Source: Alphaproteobacteria bacterium (GTDB taxonomy: Bacteria; Pseudomonadota; Alphaproteobacteria; MPNO01; UBA830). Taken from it: DNA of 64,000 nt. Of the stretch, positions 39,294-50,200 are shown piece by piece; the first letter of the stretch is position 1; every line of letters begins with the position of its first letter. Under the pieces are notes generated by a model. That model saw only the letters and a list, made by a program, of their open reading frames with translations, was not told where the DNA came from and made no database searches. The DNA is taken from the NCBI GenBank assembly GCA_964291215.2, contig OZ219791.1:2176001-2240000 (forward strand), written 5' to 3'. Made by a program: the position numbers and the translations under genes.

Positions 39294-41609
39294 TCACGAT
39301 CCGAGAATGGCGGGGGGTGTGAACGCGGTAATCTCGGGAGGTTCGTGCTCGAACCGTTCGACCTGCACCAGTGCGGTCTGTGCCGCGCAGCACTGGGTGA
39401 GCGTTGAGGTCGGTTTGTCGATGGTCAGCACGTTGGGATTGCCATGCTTATCCAGGCTTCCGGGGGTCGCCGGATCGACGGGATCGAACCAGGCGCCGGT
39501 CGCAAGCTCGATCACGCCCTTGCGGATTGCGTCGGTGACGATGGCGCCGGCAAGGCATGCGCCCCGGTCGTTGAACACGCGCACGATGTCGCCGTCGGCG
39601 ATGCCCCTAGCGGCCGCGTCATCGGGATTCAGCCGCATCGCCTCGCGGCCAGCGATCTTACCGTCGCGGCTCACCGAACCACAGTCGAGCTGGCTGTGGA
39701 GGCGAGTGCGCGGCTGGTTTGAGACCATGTGGAGCGGAAAGCGTTCCGCCTTGTCACTACCGAGCCACTCTACCGGTTCCATCCAGGTCGGATGGCCCGG
39801 AACATCGTCATAGCCCAGCTCGGCGATGGTCTCCGAGTATATCTCGATCCTTCCCGACGGCGTCTTGAGGGCCGCGCCGTCAGGGTCCTCGCGGAAATCG
39901 GCAAAGGGGATTGGCGGGTTGTCGGGCTGGGAATGTTCGAAATACCCGGCCTCCCAGAACCCGTCGAAGCCAGGCATCTCGGTACCGTCCTTCGCAACGC
40001 GCTGGCGGTAGACGTCGTAGAGGTGGCGCAGCCACTCCATCTCGCTACGGTCCTCGGTGAAAGCTTCGGCAAAACCGAGCCTGCCTGCGAGGGCGCTGTA
40101 AATCTCGTATTCGCTACGTGCTTCGCCCACGGGATCGATCGCCTGCTGGCTGGCGAAGACGAAGCGGTCGAAATTGGATGCTGCAATGTCGTTGCGCTCC
40201 AGAGTCGTCGAGCAGGGCAACACGATGTCCGCCCGCTTCGCCGCCGGTGTCCACCAAGGTTCATGTATCACGATGGTGTCCGGTTTGGCCCAGCCCTTGA
40301 GCAGGTTGTTGAGGTCCTGTTGTTTGTGGAAAGGGTTGCCGCCGCACCAGTAGATCAACCGGATATCCGGGTAGCTGCGGTCCTCGCCGTTGAAACTGTA
40401 CGGTGCGCCGGGGTTGAGCAGCATGTCTGCCAACCGCGCGACGGGGATCCAGCGGTCGACCCCGTTCCTTCCCACCGGGATTTTCGGTGGCGCCACCTGC
40501 CGGGTCGCAGCGCCGATTCCGTGCATGGCGCCGTACCCGAAGCCGAACCCGCCTCCAGGCAGGCCAATCTGGCCGAGCATGGCCGCGAGCACGATGGTCA
40601 TCCAGTAGGGTTGCTCGCCGTGGTCGGCGCGCTGGACCGACCAGCTTACGCCCATCAGCGTGCGCGAATCTGCCATCCGGCGTGCGAGGCCGCGAATCGT
40701 CTCGGCCGGCATTCCGGAAATCCCGAAAGCCCATTCAGCGTCCCTGGCGCTCCCGTTGTCCCCTCCGAGAAGGTACGCGGCCAGCCTGTCGAATCCGGTG
40801 CAGTAGCGTGCAAGGAAACTGGCATCGTGCAGATCTTCGCTGAGAAGCGTGTGCGCGAGCCCCAGCATCACGGCGAGATCGGTATTGGGCCGGATCGGAT
40901 GCCATTCCGCCGCGACCTCGTCGCCGGTATCGTCGCGGATCGGGCTGATGCAGACGAACTGGGTCCCGGCTTTCACCGCACGCCGGTGCCAGTCGGCGGC
41001 CTCATGCGCGCCGACGCCGCCCTGATTGACGTTGGTGTTCTTGGGCGGCATGCCGCCAAACGTCACCATCAGATCGGTGTGCTCCACGATCATGGGCCAA
41101 GTGTTGACTGGCCCGATGACCGGCTTCATCGAACCGACGATGCGCGGGACGATCACGCTCGCTGCGCCGAAGCTGTAATTTGTCACCTGGTCGACGAAGC
41201 CGCCATAGAGGTTGAGGAAGCGGGTAAGCTGGGCGCGCGCGTCATGGAAGCCGCCTGCGCTGCCCCAGCCCGAGCTGCCGTAAACGGCTTCGTTGCCATA
41301 GTCGCTTCTGACCCGCTCAAGCTCGGCTGCCACCAGATCGAGTGCGCGGTCCCAGCTCACCGAGACGAAAGGCTCCGCGCCCCGTGCTGCGGTGTTGGCC
41401 CCCGGCCCGTCTTCCAGCCACGACTTGCGCACGGCGGGCGTTGCGACGCGACATTTGGCGTGGACAGCGTCCGGCAGCGCCTGGATGAAAGGCGCCGGGC
41501 TCGGGTCCTTGTCGAACGGCTTTACGCCGACCAGCCGTCCATCTGTCGCTTCGGCTGTGAAAGCGCCCCAATGACTCGCCCCGAGTGCAGTTCGCGTTCC
41601 ATCAGGCAT
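39294..41609 (-). CDS. Molybdopterin S/N-oxide reductase (BisC/DMSO-TMAO reductase family), no Tat signal
   Basis: ASHWGAF, RGAEPFVSVSWD, GWGSAG.FH, NYSFGAA, QRADHGEQ, RLHSQL, HGNPNVLT. Confidence 0.9.
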   Translation of the reverse strand: MPDGTRTALGASHWGAFTAEATDGRLVGVKPFDKDPSPAPFIQALPDAVHAKCRVATPAVRKSWLEDGPGANTAARGAEPFVSVSWDRALDLVAAELERVRSDYGNEAVYGSSGWGSAGGFHDARAQLTRFLNLYGGFVDQVTNYSFGAASVIVPRIVGSMKPVIGPVNTWPMIVEHTDLMVTFGGMPPKNTNVNQGGVGAHEAADWHRRAVKAGTQFVCISPIRDDTGDEVAAEWHPIRPNTDLAVMLGLAHTLLSEDLHDASFLARYCTGFDRLAAYLLGGDNGSARDAEWAFGISGMPAETIRGLARRMADSRTLMGVSWSVQRADHGEQPYWMTIVLAAMLGQIGLPGGGFGFGYGAMHGIGAATRQVAPPKIPVGRNGVDRWIPVARLADMLLNPGAPYSFNGEDRSYPDIRLIYWCGGNPFHKQQDLNNLLKGWAKPDTIVIHEPWWTPAAKRADIVLPCSTTLERNDIAASNFDRFVFASQQAIDPVGEARSEYEIYSALAGRLGFAEAFTEDRSEMEWLRHLYDVYRQRVAKDGTEMPGFDGFWEAGYFEHSQPDNPPIPFADFREDPDGAALKTPSGRIEIYSETIAELGYDDVPGHPTWMEPVEWLGSDKAERFPLHMVSNQPRTRLHSQLDCGSVSRDGKIAGREAMRLNPDDAAARGIADGDIVRVFNDRGACLAGAIVTDAIRKGVIELATGAWFDPVDPATPGSLDKHGNPNVLTIDKPTSTLTQCCAAQTALVQVERFEHEPPEITAFTPPAILGS

Positions 41610-41868
41610 GTTCCGGTCTCCGTGCATGGCCGCGACGGGCATGGGGATGATCCCGATGCTGCAACGAAGCGGACCTTCGCGACATTGCCTTTTGAATGCA
41701 AGGATTTTCTGGTCGGATCTCTGTCGTTCTGCCACGATGTCCGCCGTTGAACGAAAGCGCCGGACCGAGGCGAAGATTGCGATGCGGATGGTTTCGACTT
41801 GTTCGGCCCCAGTCCGATCACATGAACTGCGTTGCCGGAACAGGCGGCGTGCGCTGCTGCCGGCCGGA

Positions 41869-42594
41869 TCAGAATATCTCGGAGAAGAAGTTCCGCATCA
41901 TCCTGTAGGACTGCTTGGTCAGCTTTTCGTCGTAGCGCTGGAATTCGTTGAATTTACCGACATCGCAGAACGAGTGGCTTGCGTGACCGTACATCATGAG
42001 CTGCCAATCGGTGCCGGCTTCGGTAAGCTCTGCCTCGAGATCGTCGATCAGTTTGCGCGGCGTGACCGGGTCCGCCGAGCCGTGAAAGATCAGGATGCGC
42101 CCCCTGAAATCCGGCCGGGCTTCGGCATTGACGGGATTGGGCAGGGTCACGTGGAAGACTACGGTGCCCTCGTAGTCCGCGCCTGCGCGTGACTGCTCGA
42201 GCGCAAAGCCACCGCCGATGCAATAGCCGATGAGGCCGCGCTTGCCGGGATCGAGGAGGTCGCGTTCCGAGGCGGCTGACATCAGGGCCTGATCTGCGGC
42301 GGCACCGCATCCGAGGATGAATGGTAGGTCGGCGCGAACCTCCCGCGAAATCCGCATCAACTCGTCGAAATCCTTCTCTCGTTCACCGTATCCCGCGCCG
42401 AACATGTCGGCGATCATCACCACATAGTCCCTGCCGGCGACATCGGCCGCCATGTCGATCGAATGGCGGCATACTCCGAGCCAGTCGGGCTGCATGAGGA
42501 TCGCCGGACGCCTGTCGGTGATGCTGTCGTCATAGACCAGCATTCCCTCGAACGCGCGGTCGTCATATGTGTAGCCTACTGATATCTCGGCCAT
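41869..42594 (-). CDS. Dienelactone hydrolase family protein
   Basis: IGYCIGG nucleophile, HGSADP, HSF. Confidence 0.88.
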   Translation of the reverse strand: MAEISVGYTYDDRAFEGMLVYDDSITDRRPAILMQPDWLGVCRHSIDMAADVAGRDYVVMIADMFGAGYGEREKDFDELMRISREVRADLPFILGCGAAADQALMSAASERDLLDPGKRGLIGYCIGGGFALEQSRAGADYEGTVVFHVTLPNPVNAEARPDFRGRILIFHGSADPVTPRKLIDDLEAELTEAGTDWQLMMYGHASHSFCDVGKFNEFQRYDEKLTKQSYRMMRNFFSEIF

Positions 42595-42859
42595 GTCATT
42601 CTTCCCCCTGCTGCTGGTCCAGACTCCCGATCGTGTCAAAGCGGGATCGGGAGGCGCCCCCGCGGATCCCTCGTCCGGTTTCCGCGCTGAACAAGCCTAG
42701 CAGATTGTGATTCTCATCCAACGGCCGATTCTTCTGGATCCCGGATCCAGCGGCAGCAGGGGCCATCAGGCCGGACAACTTTCATGAACGGGCCAAGGTT
42801 CCAAGCAAGGGACGCATGTCATATATTCGCCGTCACGGTGCCTATTGTTGGAGGTCAGG

Positions 42860-44632
42860 ATGCCCGAAGAATCGCGACGCGTGTCGGCAGGAAAAAAGGG
42901 TGGCGGTGGGCGCAAGCCACGCTTCGACAAGGAAAAACTACCCAGCCGGCATACGACGGTCGGGCCGGAGCGGGCTCCGCATCGCAGCTATCTCTATGCG
43001 ATGGGCCTGACCGAAAGGGAAATCAGCCAGCCCCTCGTGGGCGTCGCGACCTGCTGGAACGAGGCGGCGCCGTGCAACATCTCTCTGTCGCGACAGGCAC
43101 AGGCCGCCAAGTACGGCGTCAAGGCAGGTGGCGGCACGCCGCGCGAATTCACGACGATCACCGTGACGGATGGCATCGCCATGGGCCATGAGGGGATGAA
43201 GTCCTCGCTGGTCTCGCGGGAGATCATTGCCGATTCCATCGAGCTTACGATGCGCGGCCATTGCTATGACGCGCTGGTCGGCCTCGCCGGTTGCGATAAG
43301 TCGCTGCCCGGAATGATGATGGCCATGGTCCGGCTGAACGTGCCGTCCGTCTTCGTCTATGGCGGCACGATCCTGCCCGGCAAGTTCGAGGGGCGCGACG
43401 TGACGGTCATCGACGTCTTCGAAGGCGTTGGACAGTATGCTGCGGGCAATATGTCGGCAGCCGATCTGAAGAAGCTCGAGAGCGTCGCCTGTCCCTGCGA
43501 GGGATCCTGCGGCGGCCAGTACACTGCCAATACCATGGCTTGCGTCAGCGAGGCGATCGGCCTCGCGTTGCCGGGATCCTCGGGCGCACCCGCCGCCTAC
43601 AAGTCGCGGGACCAGCATGTCAGGGCGGCAGGCAAGGCGGTTATGGAACTTTTGGCCGGAAACATCCGCCCCCGCGATATCGTCACCCGCGAAGCGCTCG
43701 AGAATGCGGCCGTCGTGGTGGCCGCAACAGGTGGCTCGACAAATGCCGGGCTGCATCTGCCGGCGATCGCGAACGAGGCGGGGATCAGATTTGCCCTCGA
43801 TGATGTCGCGCGGATTTTCAAGAAGACGCCCTATCTCGCGGATCTCATGCCGGGCGGCAAGTACACGGCAACGGACATGCACCGTGCTGGCGGTGTGGCG
43901 GTTGTCATCAAGGAACTGCTCGACAACGGCCTTCTTCGCGGCGATTGCATGACGGTGACCGGCAAGACCCTAGCCGAGAACCACAGCGACGTGACTTTCT
44001 CGGACAGGCAGAAGGTGTTCTATCGGGTCAAGGACGCGCTGTCGCCGACCGGTGGGGTCGTGGGGCTCAAGGGCACGCTCGCGCCCGAGGGGGCGATCGT
44101 CAAGGTCGCCGGTATGACCAACCTGAAATTCCGGGGCCCCGCTCGGGTGTTCAACTGCGAGGAGGACGCCTTCGAGGCCGTGATCAACGACCGGATCAGG
44201 GAGGGCGAGGTCATCGTCATTCGTTACGAGGGTCCGCGTGGCGGTCCCGGCATGCGCGAGATGCTTGCCACGACGGCGGTGCTCTACGGGCGCGGACTGG
44301 GCGAGAAGGTGGCTTTGATCACCGACGGACGCTTTTCGGGCGCGACGCGCGGCTTCTGCATCGGCCATGTCGGGCCGGAAGCAGCTGTCGGCGGTCCCAT
44401 TGGACTGCTCAGGAACGGCGACATGATCTCGATAGATGCCCGCCGGGGGAAGCTGGATGTCGAACTGGAGAAGGCAGAACTCGAAAGCCGCCGCGCGAAG
44501 TGGAAGCCCCGAAAGCACCACTACCAGTCGGGAGCGCTGTGGCGTTACGCGCAGACCGTCGGCAATGCGAGACTGGGAGCGGTCGTGCATCCCGGCGCGC
44601 GCGCCGAAACCCATGTCTATGCCGACCTCTAG
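42860..44632 (+). CDS. ilvD: Dihydroxy-acid dehydratase
   Basis: [57 protein letters not shown]. Confidence 0.97.
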   Translation: MPEESRRVSAGKKGGGGRKPRFDKEKLPSRHTTVGPERAPHRSYLYAMGLTEREISQPLVGVATCWNEAAPCNISLSRQAQAAKYGVKAGGGTPREFTTITVTDGIAMGHEGMKSSLVSREIIADSIELTMRGHCYDALVGLAGCDKSLPGMMMAMVRLNVPSVFVYGGTILPGKFEGRDVTVIDVFEGVGQYAAGNMSAADLKKLESVACPCEGSCGGQYTANTMACVSEAIGLALPGSSGAPAAYKSRDQHVRAAGKAVMELLAGNIRPRDIVTREALENAAVVVAATGGSTNAGLHLPAIANEAGIRFALDDVARIFKKTPYLADLMPGGKYTATDMHRAGGVAVVIKELLDNGLLRGDCMTVTGKTLAENHSDVTFSDRQKVFYRVKDALSPTGGVVGLKGTLAPEGAIVKVAGMTNLKFRGPARVFNCEEDAFEAVINDRIREGEVIVIRYEGPRGGPGMREMLATTAVLYGRGLGEKVALITDGRFSGATRGFCIGHVGPEAAVGGPIGLLRNGDMISIDARRGKLDVELEKAELESRRAKWKPRKHHYQSGALWRYAQTVGNARLGAVVHPGARAETHVYADL

Positions 44633-44637
44633 GCCGT

Positions 44638-44835
44638 TCAGCTGTTGCGGATGGTTCGGACAATGCGCTTGATGCACCACATCGCGACGCTGGCGAGTCC
44701 GAAGACCGCGACCGGACCGGCGAGCGAGTAGAAGTCGCGTACCTGCCCGTTCGCGATCTGCATGACGGCCCATACGAGGCCGAACGCGAGTCCGATAAGG
44801 ACATAACGGAGAATTTCTCGAACGATGTCTGGCAT
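44638..44835 (-). CDS. Small two-TM membrane protein
   Basis: 65-aa ORF with two hydrophobic helices downstream of xth. Confidence 0.55.
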   Translation of the reverse strand: MPDIVREILRYVLIGLAFGLVWAVMQIANGQVRDFYSLAGPVAVFGLASVAMWCIKRIVRTIRNS

Positions 44836-44848
44836 GGCGGCCGCGTCC

Positions 44849-45622
44849 TCAGTTTCGCAGCGCACACCAGACGGGTGTGTGGTCCGATGCTTTCGGCCGG
44901 CCTCTTGGTTCGCGGTCGATGTTGCAGTCTTCGAGCAGATCGGTGGCCTGCGGCGACAGCAGGAGATGATCGATTCGTACGCCGAGATCTTTTTGCCAGG
45001 CGCCTCTCTGGTAGTCCCAGAAGCTGTACCGGTGCGGTTCGCTGTGAATGACGCGAAAGGCGTCAGTCAGGCCAAGATGGATCATCCGCCGGTAGCGATT
45101 TCTGGCCTCTGCCCGGCACAGCGCGTCCCCGGCCCAGGCTTCGGCGTCATGCACATCGTCGTCTGAGGGGATGATATTGTAGTCGCCGCCGAACACGATG
45201 GCCTCGTCGAGCGTCAGGCGCTCGCGCACGTGTTCACAGAGACATTCCATCCAGCCAATCTTGTAGTCGAATTTTTCGCCCGGAGCCGGGTTGCCGTTGG
45301 GAAGATAGATCGACGCCACGCGCACGCCGGCGGTGAAGCCCTCGATGTAGCGGGCCTGCTCGTCGGCCTCGTTTCCCGGCAGGCCACGAATCACGTCCTC
45401 GATCGGGCTCTTCGAGAGAATCGCCACGCCGTTGAAATTCTTCTGCCCGAGGATCTCGACGTTGTAGCCGAGATCCTCGATTTCCATTCTTGGAAAGGTC
45501 TGATCCGTGGCTTTGATTTCCTGAAGGAGCACGACATCGGGGCGGAAACTCTCAAGCCATTCGAGAACGCGAGGCAAGCGGGCGCGAATTGAGTTCACGT
45601 TCCATGTGGCGATCTTCACCAT
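44849..45622 (-). CDS. xth: Exodeoxyribonuclease III
   Basis: IATWNVNSIRAR, LQEIK, YLPNG, GDYN, RIDH, SDH. Confidence 0.95.
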   Translation of the reverse strand: MVKIATWNVNSIRARLPRVLEWLESFRPDVVLLQEIKATDQTFPRMEIEDLGYNVEILGQKNFNGVAILSKSPIEDVIRGLPGNEADEQARYIEGFTAGVRVASIYLPNGNPAPGEKFDYKIGWMECLCEHVRERLTLDEAIVFGGDYNIIPSDDDVHDAEAWAGDALCRAEARNRYRRMIHLGLTDAFRVIHSEPHRYSFWDYQRGAWQKDLGVRIDHLLLSPQATDLLEDCNIDREPRGRPKASDHTPVWCALRN

Positions 45623-45698
45623 GAGGGATACCGGGAAATCGACCCCCGTCCGCTGTCATGAATTGCCGACGGGTACATGTCCGATGCCGATTGGAAGT

Positions 45699-46055
45699 TC
45701 AGAATATCGCGAATGAGGTGCCGCAGCCGCAAGTGGAGGTCGCGTTCGGATTTTCGATCGAGAAATAGGCCCCGATCAGTTCTTCCCTGTAGCTGATCTC
45801 GGATCCGGCGAGATATTCCCAAGATGTTTCATCGATCACGACCTTGACGCCATCCCGTGAGATGACCCGGTCGTCATCATTGACCTGGTCGTCGAAGATG
45901 AAACTGTACTGAAAGCCCGAACACCCGCCACCGTCGACGGCGACGCGTAGCAGGACGAGCGCCTCCTGTTCGGCCGCCAGTTCCTTGAGGCGTCTGACTG
46001 CCGAATCGCTGACCGTGACCTGCTGTTCAAGGGTCTCTGCTTGTCCGTCAGGCAT
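45699..46055 (-). CDS. erpA: A-type Fe-S cluster insertion protein (HesB/ErpA)
   Basis: GGGCSGFQY, NPNATSTCGCGTSF. Confidence 0.9.
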   Translation of the reverse strand: MPDGQAETLEQQVTVSDSAVRRLKELAAEQEALVLLRVAVDGGGCSGFQYSFIFDDQVNDDDRVISRDGVKVVIDETSWEYLAGSEISYREELIGAYFSIENPNATSTCGCGTSFAIF

Positions 46056-46362
46056 CGCGCTGCTTCCTGCATCGGGGCATACGGTCAATCTGGGGCAATT
46101 GCTGTTTGCAGTCAAGAGGCGGAGTTCCGACAGCCAAGGCGATCTGCAGCGTCCAGACGCACCGTTACCTGACCCCGCACCACCTCCATCCCGCCGCCCG
46201 GCGGCGACAGGCTACGATGGTCCTCCTTCCGAACCACCACCGACGTATCCTTGATGCAGGGAGCGAGGCCCGGCCGGTCTGCATCGGTCGGCAGTTTTCC
46301 GTTGCGTGACAGACGGTTGGGCCTGGCCCGGCCTCTGACCGCGGTTTCGCGCGCGGGTCGCG

Positions 46363-47530
46363 TTGTCCGTTCAAGAGCGCCGTTCCGTTCCCCCGGGACG
46401 GACGGCGCCCGAGGGAACAGACAACGGAGACACGCGCATCCATGCCCCCATCAACGAGCGGACGGTCCGCCGCACCTTCAGGGAGAAGAAACCCGGGCGA
46501 TACGGCCTGACCGTCAGGGACCTGCCCGCCTTCGGCTTCACCGTCGCCGGGACGAAGACCTTCTTTGTCCAGACCTCACGCCAGTTCGGCGCGCCCAGGG
46601 CGATCCTCGGCACGACCGACGACATGACCGCCGCCGAGGCGAGGGAGAAGGCCATTGCCGCCATCGCCGAAGCCGGGGCCGACCGCGAGACCGGGCCGCT
46701 GTTCGCCGACTTCGCGGCCGACTTCATGCGCCGCCAGGGGCGGCGCTGGAAACCCTCCACGAAGAAGGCCAACGCCCATCTGATCGAGCGCCGCCTCCTG
46801 CCCTTCTTCGGCGCGATGCCCGTCGCGAAGATCGACCGCGCCAATGTGCGGCGCTGGTTCGATTCCCTCAGCGGAACCCCCGGCAGCGCCAACCGGACCC
46901 TGCCGGTGCTCTCGGTGATGATGCGGCAGGCGGAGCTATGGGACCTTCGCCCGCAGGGCTCCAACCCCTGCCGCAACATGCGGCGCTACAGGACGGCGCC
47001 GCGCGAGCGGTTCCTGTCGCTGGAGGAACTCAAGCGCCTCGGCTTCGTCCTCGACCATGCGGAGGACCGGCAGGCCGCCTGCTGCTGTTCACCGGCGCCC
47101 GGTCGTCCGAGATCGCCGGCCTGCAATGGGACTGGATACGGGACACCCGCGCGGTGTTGCCGGACTCCAAGACCGGGCGCTCCAGCTTCCCCCGCGGGCC
47201 GTCCTGAATGGCCTGCCGCGCGAGGGACGCTTCGTCTTCCCGAACGGGAAGGGCGACGGCCCGATGACCGACCTCGGCCTGCGCTGGCAGAAGCTGCGCG
47301 GTCTCGCCGGGCTGGACGATGTGCGCATCCACGACTGCCGGCATACCTTCGCCTCCCATGCCGTGATGAGCGGCCTCGACCTCTACACCGTCGGCCGCCT
47401 GCTCGGCCATGCCGATACCGCCTCCACCGAACGCTACGCCCATCTCGCCGACGAGCATGTCCGCGAGGCGGCCGGGCGCATCTCCGGCATCGTCCACGAG
47501 GCCATGACCGCGAAGGAGAGCGGGCGATGA
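46363..47530 (+). pseudogene. Tyrosine integrase 1, frameshifted
   Basis: Arm-binding and core domains, then LLLFTGARSSEI and IHDCRHTFAS...LLGH...TERYAH in different frames. Confidence 0.85.
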
Positions 47531-48859
47531 GCGGCGGCAGGCACCGGCTCACCGTGAAGGCCGTCGCCAAGCCGGCGGAACGGGAATACACCCTGTGGGA
47601 CAATCTGCTGGCGCATTTCGGGGTCAGGGTGCAGCCCTCCGGCGTCCGGTCCCGGATCGTCCAGACCCGCGTCCGGGGACGCATGCGCAAGATCACCCTC
47701 GGGCGCTTCCCCGAACTGCCTCTCGACGCGGCCCGCCGGGAAGGCGCGGCCGTGCTCGCCCGCCTGTGGGGCGGCGAAGACGTGACGCCGCCGCGCAAGG
47801 AGAAGGCGCCGCTGTTCCGGGACTTCGCCGCCCGTTACCGCTCGCGGCGGAAACACCGCTGGAAGCCGTCCTCGCTCGAGACCTTCGACATCTACCTGAA
47901 GAACCGCCTGATGCCGCACTTCGGCAGGCTCCGGCTCGACGCCATCGACCATGCGCGGGTCTCGGCATGGTTCGACGCCGCCAGCGCGGACAGGCGCCGC
48001 CAACCGCGCCTTCGAGATACTCCGCGCCATGCTCGGGACGGCCCGCCAATGGGGCGACATCTGCGAGCATGTCCCAGACGCCTGCGCCAACATCGTGAAG
48101 AACCCCCGCAAGCCCGTCGCGCGTTACCTCAGCCGCGAAGAGCTGGAGCGTCTCGGCGCTGTGCTGGACCGCCGCCGGGAGGACCACCCCTGGCCGGTGG
48201 CGGCCATCCGGCTGTTGACCCTCACCGGGGCGCGGCTCTCCGAAGTCATCAACCTCAGGTGGGACGAGATCGGAGAGCTGGCCGGAGACGGCGCGAGCGC
48301 GCGCATCGAAGACTCCAAGACCGGGCCGCACACCATCTGGCTCGGACCCGAAGCGGCAAGGCTGGTCGAGGCGCTGCCGCGACTGGATGGCCGGGAGCGG
48401 GTGTTCCCCGAAACCCTCACATCGGCAAGGCTCTACACCTTCTGGTGCGGTATCCGCGACGAGGCGGGGCTTCCGGGCCTTCGCATCCACGACTGCCGCC
48501 ACACCTGGGCCTCGCAGGGCGTCATGAACGGCGTCGGGCTCACCACCGTCGGACGGCTGCTCGGACACCGCAAGCGGGAGACCACCGCGATCTACGCCCA
48601 TCTCGACGATGGCGCGCTGCGCGACGCCGCCGCGCAGGCCGCCGCCGTCATCGCGCGAGCGATGGGGTACAGGGCGGAAGCGGCGCCGCTGCCGGACAAG
48701 GCGGAGCACGGCGACGTATTGGCTGCAGCGCCCGGGCTCCCGGGTCCCGGAAAGCCAACCGCGCCAGAGAAGGAGTGGATTCCTCTTCGTGGCAGATCCC
48801 GGGATCCGGAGCGATCGGATGCAAGCATCCGCCGTAGACCGCAGGGTATCGAGATCTGA
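47527..48859 (+). pseudogene. Tyrosine integrase 2, frameshifted near 47995
   Basis: DUF4102-like arm domain (YTLWD...FGVRVQPSG...ITLGRFP), then LTGARLSE and IHDCRHTWAS...LLGH...TAIYAH in the next frame; ATGA overlap with integrase 1. Confidence 0.85.
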
Positions 48860-48912
48860 GTTTGTGGCGGGCGTGGAGCCGATCGGGGAGGGTCAGGCGG
48901 GGTCTTTGCCAT

Positions 48913-49368
48913 GAGCCCTGATCGGGTTGCCGGTCGTCCCGCCAGTTACAGGGAAAGGGCCCGTCGAGCCGGCTCTGCGGGCTCGTCGTTCATGCCGGCA
49001 ATGTCCAGGATCGCGACGGAGCCTCGGCCGTGCGGAAATCGATCCGCCATGCCTGCCCCTGGCTGCGCCATCTGTTCGCCGACGGCGGGTATGCCGGGCC
49101 GAAGCTGCGCGGCGCCTCGACAGGGTCGGCAAGTGGACGCTCGAGATCGTCAAGCGGTCGGTCATCGCAAGCGGCTTCGAAAGCCTCTCTGGACGATGGG
49201 TCGCCGGACGCACCTTCGCGTGGCTCGGACGCTGCCGCAGGTTGGCGAAAGACCGGGAGAAATCCATCGCCTCAAGCGAAGCATGGATCGAAATTGCTCA
49301 CATCAGGCTTACAACACGGCGCCTCGCAAGGCCCTGTAATCCTTGAAGGAGTTTCAAGTCAGGCTCCG
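48913..49368 (+). mobile_element. IS5-family remnant (3' part)
   Basis: LRHLFADGGYAGPKL, WTLEIVKRS, RWVAGRTFAWLGRCRRLAKD.E motifs; GAGCC...GGCTC ends. Confidence 0.8.
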
Positions 49369-49407
49369 AGGCCGGACGCGCCTGCCGAAAGGCGATTCAT
49401 ATTTTGT

Positions 49408-49448
49408 TTGATTTTGCAACATCATCATGCTACATTGTATGAAAATCA
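49408..49448 (+). promoter_or_regulatory. Putative sigma70 promoter with overlapping imperfect inverted repeat (candidate operator)
   Basis: TTGATT-17 bp-(TGc)TACATT; arms TGATTTTGCAACA (49409-49421) and TGTATGAAAATCA (49436-49448). Confidence 0.5.
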
Positions 49449-49463
49449 GACATGGAGGCTCCA

Positions 49464-49808
49464 ATGGCACCTGTTACGACACTCGAGCCCAAGACCGTAC
49501 CGGCATTCCCTGCCGGGGAAATCGAGGCCTGTATCCGCGATGTCCTGGCGGACCAAGGCGCGATGCAGGTGGCCCTGCAAGGCGGCGCAACACCAGCAGG
49601 CGATCCGGGCAGTGCGGTCGGTCCGCAGCCGGTGATCGATTCGCTGGTCGTTGTGGAAGTGCTGCTTGCAATCGAGCCGAAAGTACCGTTCGCGCTTCCC
49701 GACAGTCTGGTACAGCCGGGCGGTTACGACAATGTCGATGAGGTCGTGCAGCATCTTGTGCCACAACTGGAGCGGCGGTGGCGCAAGCATCATGAGGAGA
49801 AAAATTGA
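49464..49808 (+). CDS. Acyl-carrier-protein-like small protein
   Basis: IDSLVVVEVLLAIE resembles ACP helix II with the phosphopantetheine Ser; GGAGG RBS. Confidence 0.6.
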   Translation: MAPVTTLEPKTVPAFPAGEIEACIRDVLADQGAMQVALQGGATPAGDPGSAVGPQPVIDSLVVVEVLLAIEPKVPFALPDSLVQPGGYDNVDEVVQHLVPQLERRWRKHHEEKN

Positions 49809-50200
49809 TGGCGGACAAAAGTAGGCAAGGCGAATCCTGGAGGGACGAAACGATTGACCGGCAACAGCTTGGCGCGCGTTTGCGCGAGGCGCGAGAGTAC
49901 TTGGGCCTATCACAGGATGAAGTAGCAAAATACCTCGGGATTCCGCGAACGGCGTTGTCGCATATCGAAAGCGGTCAGCGCCGCCTCGACGCGCTGGAAC
50001 TGAAAAAGGCTGCGCATCTGTATAAGCGCCCCATAGCCCATTTCACCGGAGAGGCAGAAGCTGATGCAAGCCTGCCTGACGACATCGCCCATCTGGCCCG
50101 TGCCGCTGCCGGCTTTTCGGAAAGGGACCGCCAGGAATTGAGCCGGTTTGCCGACTATCTGCGGGCACGCGCGCAAAGCGAGAGGTCCTCGGATGGCTGA
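49808..50200 (+). CDS. XRE-family HTH repressor
   Basis: LREAREYLGLSQDEVAKYLGIPRTALSHIESGQR; TGATG coupling. Confidence 0.9.
   Translation: MADKSRQGESWRDETIDRQQLGARLREAREYLGLSQDEVAKYLGIPRTALSHIESGQRRLDALELKKAAHLYKRPIAHFTGEAEADASLPDDIAHLARAAAGFSERDRQELSRFADYLRARAQSERSSDG

Noticed and set aside
39729-41750. 673-aa plus-strand ORF
   Set aside because: Antisense shadow of the molybdopterin reductase
46363-48837. 824-aa ORF as one giant integrase
   Set aside because: It is a chance read-through joining the N-termini of two frameshifted integrases; the catalytic motifs lie in other frames
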